From NCBI GenBank assembly GCA_029265975.1, contig JAJUGN010000004.1:9041-73040 (forward strand): a DNA stretch of 64,000 bases, written 5' to 3'. The notes beneath the pieces were generated by a model, which saw only the letters and a program-made list of their open reading frames with translations, was not told the origin of the DNA and searched no databases. Within the stretch, counting starts at the first letter, position 1; each line of letters starts with the position of its first letter. Shown here piece by piece: positions 39,382 to 47,706 of the stretch. This DNA is from Clostridiales bacterium. GTDB lineage: Bacteria; Bacillota; Clostridia; Oscillospirales; Oscillospiraceae. The translations under genes were made by a program, and so were the position numbers.

Positions 39382-40644
39382 TTGTCTGAGTTAATACTGA
39401 AACCCAAGGGCACGAACGATGTCCTGCCCGAGGAAAGCTACCGCTGGCAGCATTTAGAGAGTGTTCTTCGCCGGGCGGCTGCGGATTTCGGCTACCGGGA
39501 AATACGCTTTCCCACTTTTGAATATACGGAGCTTTTTGTGCGCGGCGTAGGCGACACGACCGACGTCGTGCAGAAGGAGATGTTCACTTTTACCGACCGC
39601 GGAGGGCGCTCCGTGACCCTTAGGCCGGAAGGAACGGCGTCGGCCGTTCGAAGCTATCTTGAAAATTCTCTTTACGGAGCGGGTCTTCCCGTAAAGGTAT
39701 TCTATATCGCGCCCAATTTCAGGGGCGAGCAGCCTCAGGCGGGCCGCTACCGCGAATTTCACCAGTTCGGCGTGGAATATCTCGGCTCCCCCTGCCCGGC
39801 GGCCGACGCCGAGGTGATAGGCCTCTATTCGGATATTCTCGACAGGCTGTGCATAAAAAACATAAGGCTCGAGATAAATTCGATAGGCTGCCCTGAATGC
39901 AGGCCCGCATTCCACGCCGCGCTGAAAGAGTATTTTCAGTCCAGGAGGGACAGGCTCTGCGGCTCCTGCATCGAGCGAATGGAAAAAAACCCTTTGAGGA
40001 TACTTGACTGCAAGAGTCCCGTATGCGGCGAGATCGCAGCCGGTTCCCCTGTCGGGCTAGATCATCTTTGCGGCGAATGCAGGGACCATTTTGAAGCGAC
40101 AAAGGCCATGCTAGACGCGATGGGCATCGCTTATGAAATAAACCCGAAAATTGTACGCGGGCTCGACTATTACACGCGCACCGTCTTTGAGTTCGTTTCC
40201 GGGGATCTCGGAGCGCAGAGCACCGTGTGCGGAGGCGGGAGGTACGATGGGCTTATCGAGGCTCTGGGCGGGCAGAGCGCTCCGGGGCTCGGCTTTGCCG
40301 CGGGCCTTGAGAGGATGCTGCTTGTGATGGACGCGCAGGGCATCTCAATACCAAAGCCCGAGGGCTGCCGCATATTCATAGCGTCGCTGGGCGCGGCGGC
40401 GGACAAGCCCGCGCAGAAGCTGGTCAACGACCTCAGAAAGCTCGGCGTCAAAGCCGAGAGGGACACAATGGGACGGGGGCTGAAAGCCCAAATGAAGTAC
40501 GCCGACAGGCTGGGCGCCGCCTTCAGCATGGTGATAGGCGACAACGAGCTTGAGAAGGGCAGGGCGAATATTAAGGACATGGCGACCGGAAGCACCTTTG
40601 AATGCTTTCTTTCAGCCGAGGATATAAAGAACGCCGTTACCTGA
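39382..40644 (+). CDS. hisS: Histidine--tRNA ligase
   Basis: KGTNDVLPEE..., class II motifs (FRGEQPQAGRYREFHQ; GGGRYDGL). TTG start preceded by AAGGAAGG. Confidence 0.95.
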   Translation: MSELILKPKGTNDVLPEESYRWQHLESVLRRAAADFGYREIRFPTFEYTELFVRGVGDTTDVVQKEMFTFTDRGGRSVTLRPEGTASAVRSYLENSLYGAGLPVKVFYIAPNFRGEQPQAGRYREFHQFGVEYLGSPCPAADAEVIGLYSDILDRLCIKNIRLEINSIGCPECRPAFHAALKEYFQSRRDRLCGSCIERMEKNPLRILDCKSPVCGEIAAGSPVGLDHLCGECRDHFEATKAMLDAMGIAYEINPKIVRGLDYYTRTVFEFVSGDLGAQSTVCGGGRYDGLIEALGGQSAPGLGFAAGLERMLLVMDAQGISIPKPEGCRIFIASLGAAADKPAQKLVNDLRKLGVKAERDTMGRGLKAQMKYADRLGAAFSMVIGDNELEKGRANIKDMATGSTFECFLSAEDIKNAVT

Positions 40645-40780
40645 GCCGCCCAAGGCGCTTCAGGCTAAAGCGGATATTTAAGAGGCGCGCCGCTGGCCGT
40701 TAAAGCGGCGTCCGCGAAAACGCCCACGGGGAGTGCCTTTTGAGGCTTCCTGCGGCGGCGCGCGGAACACGGAGGTAAAA

Positions 40781-42559
40781 TTGGACTCACTGTTTGGTTT
40801 TAAGCGTACAAATTACTGCGGAGAGCCGAGAATGTCGGATGTCGGCAAAACAATATCCGTTTGCGGCTGGGTTCAGCGCAGACGCAATCTCGGAAGCCTT
40901 ATATTCATCGATCTCCGCGACAGAACGGGAATACTGCAGCTTGCCTTTGACGATTCTACGGAACGCGAAATCTTTGAAAAGGCTTTTTCCGTCCGTTCGG
41001 AATATGTGCTTGCGGCGACGGGCAAGCTGCGCGAGCGCTCGTCGAAAAATCACGAGATACCCACCGGCGACATTGAACTTGAGGTTACCGAGCTTCGCGT
41101 GCTTTCGGAATCGGAGACCCCGCCGTTCGAGATAATCGACGAATGCAACGCCGGAGAGGCTCTCCGTCTCAAGTACCGTTATCTGGACTTAAGGCGTCCG
41201 GCCCTGCAGCGGAACATCCTGTTCCGGCACAGGGCGGCAAAGGTCACGAGGGATTATTTCGACGAGAAGGGCTTTGTGGAGATAGAGACGCCGATCTTAA
41301 TCCGCTCGACGCCCGAAGGAGCGCGTGATTTTCTGGTGCCGAGCCGGATTCACAAGGGGAGCTTCTATGCCCTGCCTCAGTCCCCCCAGCTCTATAAGCA
41401 GCTGTCGATGGTCGCGGGCTTCGACAGGTATATGCAGATTGCGCGCTGCTTCCGAGACGAGGATTTGAGAGCGGACAGGCAGCCCGAATTCACGCAAGTC
41501 GACCTCGAAATGTCTTTTGTCGATATGGAGGATGTCCTTTCCCTTGTGGAGGGCTATATAGCGCGTCTTTTCAGAGAGCTGCTCGGCCTTGAGGTGCCGA
41601 CGCCCCTGCCCCGCCTGACATATGCCGAGGCGATGTCCCGGTACGGCTCGGACAAGCCGGATACCCGCTTCGGAATGGAGATTTTTGACCTTTCGGATAT
41701 CGTTTCCGAAAGCGGGTTCGGCGTTTTCTCCTCCGCCGTCGGCGCCGGAGGGAGCGTGAGGGGCATATGCGCCAAAAACAGCGTGTCGGCTCTGAGCCGC
41801 AAGGAAATAGACAAGCTCATTGAGTATATAAAGGGCATAGGAGGAAAGGGGATAGCCTGGATAAGGCTTGGCGAGGAAGGCGCCGCTTCGTCCTTTTCCA
41901 AATTTGTTTCGGAGAGCGAAATGTCCGAAATCCTCAGACGCGCTCAAGCGGAAAAAGGCGACGTCGTTCTCATAATAGCCGACGCCAAAAACTCTGCGGT
42001 GCTTTCCCAGCTGGGTGCCCTTCGCCTTGCTGTGGCAAAAAAGCTTGACATTATACCAAAGCAGAAGTTCAACTTCCTGTGGATAGTCGAGTTTCCGTTT
42101 TTCGATTGGGACGAGGAGGCTCAGGAATTCGTCGCCATGCATCACCCCTTCACCGCTCCGATGGACGAGTGCCTTCAGTATCTTGAAATCGATAAGGCTA
42201 AGGTCAGGGCAAAGGCCTATGACCTTGTTCTCAATGGCATAGAGCTTTCAAGCGGCTCCATCAGGATCACGGATCCAGAGCTTCAGAACCGGATATTCCG
42301 GCTTCTCGGGCTTAGCGAAGAAGAGGCGCACAGAAAATTTGGATTTTTGCTCGACGCCTTCAGGTACGGCGCGCCTCCCCACGGCGGTATGGGCATCGGC
42401 CTCGACCGTCTTGTCATGCAGATGCTGTCGGCCGAGAGCCTGCGCGACGTTGTGGCTTTTCCGAAGCTTCAGAATGCTTCGGAGCCCATGACAGGCTGCC
42501 CGGACGCCGTGGACGCAAAGCAGCTTGAGGAACTCGGCCTTTTTATGAGAAATAATTAA
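40781..42559 (+). CDS. aspS: Aspartate--tRNA ligase
   Basis: KRTNYCGE..., FRDEDLRADRQPEFTQ, GGMGIGLDRL motifs. TTG start at 40781 follows a GGAGGT RBS. Confidence 0.95.
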   Translation: MDSLFGFKRTNYCGEPRMSDVGKTISVCGWVQRRRNLGSLIFIDLRDRTGILQLAFDDSTEREIFEKAFSVRSEYVLAATGKLRERSSKNHEIPTGDIELEVTELRVLSESETPPFEIIDECNAGEALRLKYRYLDLRRPALQRNILFRHRAAKVTRDYFDEKGFVEIETPILIRSTPEGARDFLVPSRIHKGSFYALPQSPQLYKQLSMVAGFDRYMQIARCFRDEDLRADRQPEFTQVDLEMSFVDMEDVLSLVEGYIARLFRELLGLEVPTPLPRLTYAEAMSRYGSDKPDTRFGMEIFDLSDIVSESGFGVFSSAVGAGGSVRGICAKNSVSALSRKEIDKLIEYIKGIGGKGIAWIRLGEEGAASSFSKFVSESEMSEILRRAQAEKGDVVLIIADAKNSAVLSQLGALRLAVAKKLDIIPKQKFNFLWIVEFPFFDWDEEAQEFVAMHHPFTAPMDECLQYLEIDKAKVRAKAYDLVLNGIELSSGSIRITDPELQNRIFRLLGLSEEEAHRKFGFLLDAFRYGAPPHGGMGIGLDRLVMQMLSAESLRDVVAFPKLQNASEPMTGCPDAVDAKQLEELGLFMRNN

Positions 42560-42628
42560 CAACTTTTCTCACATATTTTGTACCACCATACAAAACGCAA
42601 AATATATACAATCTTTTCCTAAAAATAG

Positions 42629-42657
42629 TTGACTAATTAGGAAAACCGTTATATAAT
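42629..42657 (+). promoter_or_regulatory. Candidate sigma-A promoter of the orphan c-di-GMP riboswitch unit
   Basis: TTGACT - 17 nt - TATAAT. Confidence 0.55.
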
Positions 42658-42671
42658 ACAACCGTATTGTT

Positions 42672-42762
42672 TATGCTTATATTTGGCAAACCTGCGGAAA
42701 CGCCGGGACGCAAAACTCTAGAGCCTAAGTCGCTTGCGATAAGGCAGTCAGTTGCATGTTCG
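42672..42762 (+). promoter_or_regulatory. c-di-GMP-I (GEMM-I) riboswitch-like aptamer 1
   Basis: GGCAAACCTGCGGAAACGCCGGGACGCAAAACTCTAGAGCC...AAGGCAGTCAGTTGCA matches the GGCAAA / GNRA hairpin / GACGCAAAGC core as recalled from the Vc2 aptamer. Confidence 0.7.
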
Positions 42763-42900
42763 GAGCCTGATAATAATGGGCGGCTTATGTTTTTCCGGGG
42801 GTGCAGCTGGGGTGACCTGATTGCGCCTCGTGTTTTGTCTTTGAAGCTCCCGTTTTACGATTTAATTGAATATTTTTCTTCTCATACTTTAATCCTCTCC

Positions 42901-42940
42901 CCAGGGAAGCGGCGCTATGCGCCGCTTCCCTGGCTTTTAC
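42901..42940 (+). terminator. Strong intrinsic terminator ending the riboswitch-1 transcription unit
   Basis: Perfect 15-bp stem CCAGGGAAGCGGCGC / GCGCCGCTTCCCTGG with loop TAT, followed by CTTTTAC. Confidence 0.8.
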
Positions 42941-43011
42941 ACAAAAAATCGAAAATAATAGAAAAATTTAACATAAAACTATTGCATTTTACCAATTTGT
43001 ATGATAACATC

Positions 43012-43100
43012 AGCTTAAATAAAGGCAAAGCAGGCGAAAGCCTGTGACGCAAAGCTATCAGGGCCCTCGACCTTCGGTCAGGGCAGCCAGTTGCTGCTAT
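43012..43100 (+). promoter_or_regulatory. c-di-GMP-I (GEMM-I) riboswitch-like aptamer 2
   Basis: GGCAAAGCAGGCGAAAGCCTGTGACGCAAAGCTATCAGGGCC...GGTCAGGGCAGCCAGTTGCTGC. Confidence 0.8.
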
Positions 43101-43130
43101 TGATTTTTCAATGGTGGCATTTTGCTTTTT
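43093..43130 (+). terminator. Terminator/expression platform of aptamer 2
   Basis: GCTGCTATTGA-TTTT-TCAATGGTGGC (G-U wobbles) followed by ATTTTGCTTTTT. The 5' arm overlaps the aptamer 3' end. Confidence 0.6.
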
Positions 43131-43144
43131 AGAGCATCGAAGAT

Positions 43145-43238
43145 AAGTAAAAAGGGCAAAGCAGGCGAAAGCCTGTGACGCAAAGCTATCAGGGCCCTCG
43201 GCCTCCGGTCAGGGCAGCCAGTTGCTGCTATCGTTTCT
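43145..43238 (+). promoter_or_regulatory. c-di-GMP-I (GEMM-I) riboswitch-like aptamer 3
   Basis: Near-identical copy of aptamer 2. The differences (GACCTTCGGTC vs GGCCTCCGGTC) keep the hairpin pairable. Confidence 0.8.
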
Positions 43239-43258
43239 CCGATAGTGGCTTTTTGTTT
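43224..43258 (+). terminator. Terminator/expression platform of aptamer 3
   Basis: GCTGCTATCG-TTTCTC-CGATAGTGGC followed by TTTTTGTTT. Confidence 0.65.
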
Positions 43259-43317
43259 ATCATAGGGATGCTTCTTGCTGGCAAAAGCCTTACAGAAAAA
43301 GAAAGGAAGCGGCAAAA

Positions 43318-44172
43318 ATGAGCGAGAACGAAATAATACTCGATAATATTCTCAGCGAGGTAATGGACTACATACGCCAGCTCAAGACCAAACGCTCCGC
43401 GTTCGGCGGCTACGACAAGGAATATGTATTGTATACGATTCAGGAGATCTGCAACCTTTACGAAAAGCAAATATCAAAAATATGCTCCGACAACAAGACC
43501 CACTTTGACATGCTGAACAAGGAGATTTCCGAGCTTCGGCAGCGAAACGAGGTTCTCTCACGCCGCACAACTGCCGATCCTTCCATAATCGACAAGGCGA
43601 ACCAGTCGATAGCGGAGGCCAACTCCAGGATAGAGGCCGCAAACAACCATATTGCGAAGCTGCAGGCGCTCTATGAAGAGGCGGAGGCTAAGCTCAGGGA
43701 AAAGGAGGCCTACATCGGCAGCCTGCTTGCCGGAAGCCAGGCGCCCCTGAGCGGCGCAAGAGACTCCGGCAGGGAAGTTTTGAGAAATGACCGCGTCGTT
43801 CAGAATGCCGATACGAGCGCGGAGGTAAAGGCCTCTGCGGAGGAGATTATAAGGCGGGCGCGAGACGAGGCGGAAAAGCTCCGCAATTTCGCAAGATGCG
43901 AGGCGGAGTCGATTATACGCGAAAGGCGCGCGGAAATGCGTGCCGAAGAGCGGCTGCACGAGGAGCTTCTTTCCGAGCTTAAGAACAAGTATGTGAAATA
44001 CAGGGAGTTCTTTTCCAAAATGCAGGAAGGGATAAAGGAAATTGAAAGCGAAATAGACCCCATGATCTTAAGGCACGACGAATTCAAGGCGGAAAACTAT
44101 GACTCCTACGACAGGATTTCGCATCTGCCCTGGAATGACGATTTCCCCAACAATTTCAGAAAAGGAAATTAA
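43318..44172 (+). CDS. Coiled-coil protein with DivIVA-like N-terminal motif
   Basis: 284 aa. SAFGGYDKEYVLYTIQEI resembles the DivIVA F..GYD..EV motif. The rest is heptad-rich (E/K/R/A/L). Confidence 0.65.
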   Translation: MSENEIILDNILSEVMDYIRQLKTKRSAFGGYDKEYVLYTIQEICNLYEKQISKICSDNKTHFDMLNKEISELRQRNEVLSRRTTADPSIIDKANQSIAEANSRIEAANNHIAKLQALYEEAEAKLREKEAYIGSLLAGSQAPLSGARDSGREVLRNDRVVQNADTSAEVKASAEEIIRRARDEAEKLRNFARCEAESIIRERRAEMRAEERLHEELLSELKNKYVKYREFFSKMQEGIKEIESEIDPMILRHDEFKAENYDSYDRISHLPWNDDFPNNFRKGN

Positions 44173-44312
44173 TATTTAAGGTTTGGCGACAGGAATGCGG
44201 CCAAACGGAGTATTTTGACGATGGCGGATGAAAATCCGCCATTTGTTTTGCTCCGGTTGACATATTGCTCGCGGCGGTTTATTATGAGTTTACATCTGGC
44301 AGGGGGGATGTT

Positions 44313-45521
44313 ATGGCCAAAAAAGTAGGAGTCTATATTCATATACCGTTTTGCGCAAGCCGCTGCAAGTACTGCGACTTCTGTTCGCTCGCGGGTTTTG
44401 ACTCCCTTATGCCCAAGTATCAGGACGCGCTGATACGCCATATGCGCGAATTCAGGCAGCGTGTGGCTTCCTATTATGTGGACACCGTGTATTTCGGCGG
44501 AGGAACGCCCAGCTACTACGGCGCTAAGCGCCTTGTGAAGCTTTTCGATGTTCTCAAGACATATTATAACGTCCTGCTCGACTCCGAGGTCACGGTTGAG
44601 GTGAATCCCGACAGCGTTTCCTTTGAGGATATGAAAATGCTCCGCCGCGCGGGCTTCAACCGTATTTCGATAGGGGCACAGTCCGCCAGCGATGAAATAT
44701 TGGAATTCATCGGCAGGAGGCATAATTTCCGTCAGGTCGAAAAAACCGTTCTGGACGCGAGGAAAGCGGGCTTTGAAAACATAAGTCTCGATTTGATTTA
44801 CGGTCTTCCGAACCAGACTCGCGACGACTGGGCTGATACGCTAAACCAGGCAGTTGCGCTCAAGCCCCAGCACCTTTCCTGCTACGGGCTGAAGCTGGAG
44901 GAGGGCACTCCTCTTTTCGAGCTTCGGGATACCGATATGATGCCCGACGACGATGCTCAGGCCGACATGTACCTGTACACGGTTGAGGCGCTGGAGCGTT
45001 ACGGGTATTACCAGTACGAAATATCAAATTTTGCTCGCAAGGGCGTGGAGTCCAGACACAATCTCAAATACTGGGCGCTTAAGGACTATGTAGGCTTCGG
45101 GGCGTCGGCGGCGTCAAACCTCGGCAGCCAGAGGTACACATATATATACAGCCCGGCAGAGTACATAGAGGCTGTGCAGAGCGGCGGGGAACTCATAAAC
45201 GAATACGAAAACCTTTCAAATTATGACCGCGCTTCCGAATACCTAATGCTGGGGCTTCGCACCGTGAACGGCATTTCCGAGGATGAATACCGAAAAATTT
45301 ACAGATGCAGCTTTTCTCCTATCAGCGATCTGCTGAAGTCCTATATGGAAAAGGGCTGGTCGAGGTTTGTTAACGGTCGATGGAGCTTCACTCCGAGAGG
45401 GTTCCTCATATCGAACCGCCTTATAAGCGAAATACTGGATACGCAGGCAGATCAGAAAATATCCTCAAGCATACCATGGATGCACAGCGTTTATTATCAG
45501 GATCGTTTCGAGGGGTTTTAA
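44313..45521 (+). CDS. hemW: HemN-family radical SAM protein (HemW-like heme chaperone)
   Basis: IHIPFCASRCKYCDFCS (CX3CX2C) with a HemN-type C-terminal domain. AGGGGGG RBS. Confidence 0.85.
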   Translation: MAKKVGVYIHIPFCASRCKYCDFCSLAGFDSLMPKYQDALIRHMREFRQRVASYYVDTVYFGGGTPSYYGAKRLVKLFDVLKTYYNVLLDSEVTVEVNPDSVSFEDMKMLRRAGFNRISIGAQSASDEILEFIGRRHNFRQVEKTVLDARKAGFENISLDLIYGLPNQTRDDWADTLNQAVALKPQHLSCYGLKLEEGTPLFELRDTDMMPDDDAQADMYLYTVEALERYGYYQYEISNFARKGVESRHNLKYWALKDYVGFGASAASNLGSQRYTYIYSPAEYIEAVQSGGELINEYENLSNYDRASEYLMLGLRTVNGISEDEYRKIYRCSFSPISDLLKSYMEKGWSRFVNGRWSFTPRGFLISNRLISEILDTQADQKISSSIPWMHSVYYQDRFEGF

Positions 45522-45650
45522 TTAAGCGGTAGAGCGCTTTCAATTAAAAGCCGGGCAGGGAAAGAGTCCTGCCATTTCCTCCGCCTGTCAGCAATAAAAC
45601 TTGCGGATAATGTCTGCGTAATTCAGCCCGCCATCCGGCATTGGTCTGAG

Positions 45651-45689
45651 AAAAACAGGAGTGCCTCAAATTTCATTTTGAGACACTCC
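45651..45689 (-). terminator. Intrinsic terminator of small gene 45695-45910
   Basis: Minus strand reads GGAGTGTCTCAAA-ATGAAA-TTTGAGGCACTCC followed by TGTTTTT. Confidence 0.65.
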
Positions 45690-45694
45690 CGTTT

Positions 45695-45910
45695 TCAGCT
45701 CTTTTTATTTTTGGAAATAGTTTCGTCTATTCTGTCCGGCACCGGGATCCCGTAAAGCTGGGCGTAGGACTCCGCCGAGTCCTCGCACATAGGCATCGAG
45801 GGCGTAAGCCCGGTCAGCTCCGAAGCAGACGCTACCGAGCTTAGATTGTAAAACTGTTCAAAAAGCTCCATGCGGGCGGCATCGTCGGCGCTTTTGTTTT
45901 TGCTGTCCAT
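45695..45910 (-). CDS. Small acidic hypothetical protein (71 aa)
   Basis: AAGGTGA RBS 5 nt before the ATG, and its own terminator. No family recognised. Confidence 0.55.
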   Translation of the reverse strand: MDSKNKSADDAARMELFEQFYNLSSVASASELTGLTPSMPMCEDSAESYAQLYGIPVPDRIDETISKNKKS

Positions 45911-46088
45911 TTTTTCACCTTACCCACTCAGTTTTCGCCTGTATTATTCCGCAAACGTGTTTTTTTATTTATGAAATCCCCCGAAAATTAAGCTTTTGCC
46001 TCGCAGGCAAATCCCGAAGCCCGGACATGACCCGATTCGGGGCTGAGTTTTTTGGGGGGCTTGCATACAAAGCTTGCTGAATGCTGAT

Positions 46089-46268
46089 GCAGGGCGGCAT
46101 GTGCCGCCCTGCATCAGCTTGTCGAAAAACTTGTTTACAGTAAAAAAGCTTCGCAGAATTTCCGCCACGAATGGCGGAAAAAAGTCAAATCTGTCATTTA
46201 CGGCGGCGTGTACGTCGGAAATGACAGCTCTTATGACGGGCGCGGCAGGGCGGCATGTGCCGCCCTGC
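46089..46268 (+). mobile_element. Hairpin-duplicating structured element, copy 2 (3'-truncated, ~132 nt) with 24-bp flanking direct repeats
   Basis: GCAGGGCGGCATGTGCCGCCCTGC is present at 46089-46112 and 46245-46268. The internal unit matches the first ~130 nt of the other copies. Confidence 0.6.
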
Positions 46269-46276
46269 GTGTGTTT

Positions 46277-46483
46277 TCAGCTCCGGTCGTACCGCTTTTC
46301 GCGCTCGCGGAACAAAAGCGATATGCACCATATTCCGGCCAAACCGACTATGGTATATACAACCCTGCTTACGACGGCCGTCTGCCCGCCGAAAAGGGCG
46401 GCCACGAAATCGAACCTGAAAAGACCGATACTGGCCCAGTTGAGGGCGCCTATTATGACAAGCACCAAAGAAATCCTGTCCAT
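46277..46483 (-). CDS. DUF378-family small membrane protein
   Basis: 68 aa with two TM segments. LVIIGALNWASIGLF...D.V motif as recalled for DUF378. Confidence 0.7.
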   Translation of the reverse strand: MDRISLVLVIIGALNWASIGLFRFDFVAALFGGQTAVVSRVVYTIVGLAGIWCISLLFREREKRYDRS

Positions 46484-46521
46484 GTTACACTCCTTTTATA
46501 TTTTTCGCACTCTGCTTAAGA

Positions 46522-47007
46522 TTAGTATTTTCCGCCGCCCTGCGTCTGCCTGGGCTGACCGTACTGCGTATTCTGGCCGTACTGCGAAGGAGCGCCGGAC
46601 TGTGTGCCCGAAGCCGTATTCATAGTTCCGCCCGTCGTGCCCTGCTGCTTCATGCCGGAAATAATCTGTGGTATCTTGTCGATAAGATTTCCTCCCGCGG
46701 CGGAGGAGTTTACCGGCAGCATGAAGACGTTTTGTCCGTCCACCACTATGACGGCGTCCGTGCAGAGCTTTGCACCGAGTCCGTGCGCGCCCGTTCCGCT
46801 GCCGGATCCAATGTTGGCGGCGGAGCTTGTGGCGCTGCCCTTCATAGTGGCATTTCCGCCTCCGTAGCCTACCATTATCGAAACTACGGGAAGGAAGGTC
46901 TTGTCGCCCTGGGTTACGGGCTTTCCGATTATGCCCTCGCTTTGCGTAAAGCTCTCAAGGCTCTTGAACAAGGTGTCCACGTCGTTGTTCAGGATTGCCT
47001 GATCCAT
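46522..47007 (-). CDS. ytfJ: Sporulation protein YtfJ (GerW family) with Gln/Gly-rich tail
   Basis: GKPVTQGDKTFLPVVSIMVGYGGG core. Low-complexity C-terminus ...QYGQNTQYGQPRQTQGGGKY. Confidence 0.75.
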   Translation of the reverse strand: MDQAILNNDVDTLFKSLESFTQSEGIIGKPVTQGDKTFLPVVSIMVGYGGGNATMKGSATSSAANIGSGSGTGAHGLGAKLCTDAVIVVDGQNVFMLPVNSSAAGGNLIDKIPQIISGMKQQGTTGGTMNTASGTQSGAPSQYGQNTQYGQPRQTQGGGKY

Positions 47008-47507
47008 GGTATATCTCTCCTTTTCGTTCTGCTGAATCTTTGTTTAACAAGGTTAAGCGCTGTTCTGCCCAAGTCTATATCCGTATGCGCTTCTATTTTA
47101 AGGTACTCTCTCTGCGGGACATATTCGGGGTACTGCTCAAGCGCCGCCGAATCAACCAGAGAGGCTAAAAATGCCGAGGCGGCGTAAAATATCCCCGTAA
47201 GGTGAGGCGCGGTCAAGCCGTAAAATGTTTTGATCCGAGTGTCCCGCAAGCTTAGTGCGCCAGTAAAGCTCATATCTGTTTTTCCTTTCAGGATTTTTGA
47301 AAATACCCGCCTGCCCAGGAAATAGAAGGTAATATGCGGCGAGAAGCCGATAACCCGGACCTCGGCCCTTATCGCTTTGAGCCAGATTATATCCGCCATC
47401 ATTTTCATCTCATCGCTGTCAAGCAGAAAAGCCACCTTCAGGGGTTTCTTAAAAAACAGATATGTCAGAGCGGCTGTCAGTATAATGAGAAGTATTAAAT
47501 AATACAT
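46989..47507 (-). CDS. DUF2953/YtfI-like sporulation membrane protein
   Basis: N-terminal TM segment. Overlaps and precedes ytfJ, as in the Bacillus ytfI-ytfJ pair. The family call is from memory. Confidence 0.55.
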   Translation of the reverse strand: MYYLILLIILTAALTYLFFKKPLKVAFLLDSDEMKMMADIIWLKAIRAEVRVIGFSPHITFYFLGRRVFSKILKGKTDMSFTGALSLRDTRIKTFYGLTAPHLTGIFYAASAFLASLVDSAALEQYPEYVPQREYLKIEAHTDIDLGRTALNLVKQRFSRTKRRDIPWIRQS

Positions 47508-47706
47508 ACGAGCTTACCTCGTTTTATATTGTGACCGCGAATCATTCTTTTATTTATGAACAATTTGACAAAAAAACTATGAGGCCAAGCCGCCGAACCG
47601 CGTTTTTCTTTTTTTCACGGCGATTAAAATATTAGGCTAGCGGATTAAAATCATAAGAGGGCTGAGGCGAATAAGATGTACTGTAATCTTCTTAGGAGCT
47701 GACTAT

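Noticed and set aside
41297-42145. 282-aa minus-strand ORF inside aspS
   Set aside because: It is antisense to aspS, with no RBS or motifs.
42667-43047. 126-aa ORF covering the c-di-GMP riboswitch region
   Set aside because: It runs straight through an aptamer and a perfect 15-bp terminator. The region is better explained as structured non-coding RNA.
44313-45521. Radical SAM gene as the missing GRE activase
   Set aside because: It is HemN/HemW-type: about 400 aa with a HemN C-terminal domain. It is not a ~250-320-aa PflA-type activase, and it lies 28 kb from the GRE genes.
45911-46088. Possible extra degenerate copy of the mobile element or an sRNA left of copy 2
   Set aside because: It contains a CCCGAA...TTCGGG hairpin with a T-run but has no sequence similarity to the element. 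It is most simply the promoter/leader region of the small gene at 45695-45910.
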